A stretch of DNA of 64,000 nt, taken from Anthoceros angustus (lineage: Eukaryota > Plantae > Anthocerotophyta). Shown here piece by piece: positions 62,106-64,000 of this stretch (the stretch's first letter is position 1; the number at the start of each line of letters is the position of its first letter). Where the stretch lies: NCBI GenBank assembly GCA_010909165.1, contig MU008159.1:1240001-1304000 (forward strand). The letters run 5' to 3'. The notes beneath the pieces are model-generated. The model ran no database searches, was not told the origin of the DNA, and worked only from the letters and a program-made list of their open reading frames with translations. Made by a program: the position numbers and the translations under genes.

Positions 62106-64000
62106 TCACTTAGCTCGCAAGCTGCGAAGCGTTGTAGGACGTCACAAAGTGTGACCATGAATCTGGGAGTGACATCATGAAGTACAATGTGAGTAAATCA
62201 TCCTTGAGAGGTTCCTGAGAAGCGCTCTCTAACTTAGAAACCAGTGTTCTAAAGAGTCCAAGATATTTTTCAATTGTATCTCCATCTCTCATGTTGCAGT
62301 TCTGAACATTGCGAAGAGCTGCCATCTGAGTTGTGGTATTTGTTCCTGCGTACAGATCTTGAAGCCTGGACCATATCTCAGCTGAAGTCTGGCATCCAGA
62401 GGTCTGTCTCAACATGTCGGAGGTCAACCCACTCCGGATCAGGTACATGGCAGATTCATCCCTAATAGTCCATGCATCCTGATTCTTCTTTTCAGTAATA
62501 GAAGGAGTGGAGTCGGCAGGTACAGTGGCAGGAAACTTGTCCTCCCCTTTGACCAGCCTCCGAAGCTGCTTGTTTTGCAATGCTCCTTGCATCTGCATAA
62601 CCCAGATGTCATAATCCGATCCCCCAAAGCTGTCCTTTTCCTTGAAGCCATCGCCACCCAGGTTGGTGTTAGACTCAGCCATGTTTAGGATTTTGTAGGT
62701 CCTTCCTAATTGTTAGGAATTTTATGGCTGTTAGACTAATACTCCTGTCTGACCTAACCTGTGCAGGTCAACAGGACTGATGGTTCAAGGGTATCTAAGA
62801 TGTTATTAAAACATCAAAAATAGGCTGCAAGTTGCAGCTAGTTTTACAAAGGGTTAGCAGGGTTAGCAAGTCCGTCAGCCACCGGTAGGTTGACAAGATG
62901 CATTTGAACTCTGTTTGCAATCCTTTGTTTTCTAATCTCCCACATGTTAAATGCATAGGTGGAGCAAGAGGGACATGAATTTGGAGCATCAAATGTATGC
63001 AGCTTATATGTTTTATCTGCACGCTTACATGCAACACCCCTGGAAAATGGGTTAGCAAGTAAAGCGGGCTTTAACAATGTAAACAACTTGAAGTCCAAAT
63101 GTCCTATTTGCTCTTTCATATATTGTAAGTCTACACTAACAGCAACAAGTTTATGACTGATGCTTTCATAAACTTGTTATGAAAGTTTATGACTGATGCT
63201 TTCATAAACGTTTTAGACGTCTATCAACATGCTTTCATAAACAAGTTTAGACGTCTATCAACATGTTGCTGGTGTGCTTCAATTCTGGCATTTAACTGTG
63301 ATACACTTGTATGTGGTGCGACATGTGTGGTTAGGAAACCCCTGGGGTTACCGTTACCATCGAATGCTCGCTGCACACGCACTTCTGGAAGATTGTTAGG
63401 GTTTCTAGGTGGAGGGGCAAACACCGGATGGCGTTGTTCGGAAGAGAGTCTCAATCAAAGTGTTGAATGACTCCCTCACTTCAAACTATCCATTCCTGAG
63501 TTTGTTGGTGGAGAAAGTCTGCAATCAGTTTGCCTAGCGGCTTGCACTCCTTGCCCTCTGCGGCAATTCTGCTGTGGAATTCGCTCAGCAGGGCGTGGCA
63601 GCCATTGTTGCTCGTCCAGTAGATTGGCCATTCATTTGGCCAGGATTTGTATTTTAGAAATTTTCAAGAACCATTTTTGTAATTCTATATGATTTTATAT
63701 AAAGATTTTTGCCAATTCTGGCAGTTGTTCTAATGTACCTGGTGTCAAATTGCTATGCGGCAATCGACAACGGTGCACTAGACGAACTCTAGAAATGCAA
63801 ATTTTCTAAATAAAAATCAAGAAAAGAACTACAAGTTGGTTTCTTGGTCATTTTCTTGTTTTCTTATTAGAAACTTATTTTCTAAACAAGAAACAAACAC
63901 AAACACATATTTGTGCACATCCGGATGTGCACAATTTAATGTGCATTCTTATGAATGCAATCTATACCACAGCTCACGATACCATAACAAAATATGTAAT
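62106..64000 (-). mobile_element. Second truncated Ty1/copia on the minus strand (leader and N-terminal gag)
   Basis: ORF 62110-62682 (KDSFGGSDYDIW...WSRLQDLY...MMSLPDSW) is UBN2-type gag. PBS-like tggtatcgtgagc on the minus strand at 63972-63984. Confidence 0.8.

Overview
Eukaryotic nuclear DNA, probably from a non-seed land plant (short GT-AG introns, compact genes, a CYP85-clan P450 and a C2orf81/DUF4639-like gene of flagellated lineages). Three zones. (1) About 1-31.4 kb is a rearranged complex of a large multi-gene DNA-transposon-like system. It holds two diverged DUF7869/Sola-like transposases on opposite strands, a prokaryote-type beta-class N6A/N4C DNA methyltransferase (three partial or whole copies), a ParB-like ORF and two tandem ~3.8 kb coding cassettes of unknown function, and it is interrupted by a truncated Ty3/gypsy. 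(2) About 31.5-42.5 kb has a full-length Ty1/copia nested in the LTR of another copia, followed by an AT-rich spacer. (3) About 43.4-59.2 kb is a gene island (DUF4639-like, divergent DDB1/RSE1-like, TMEM18, RFC3-like, P450 pseudogene), followed by two truncated, convergently fused copia elements. Many frameshifts left of ~36.5 kb look like CAG/CTG-to-CG single-base losses, probably long-read consensus errors, so the TE genes may be intact in vivo. All protein calls come from manual motif reading; no searches were run.
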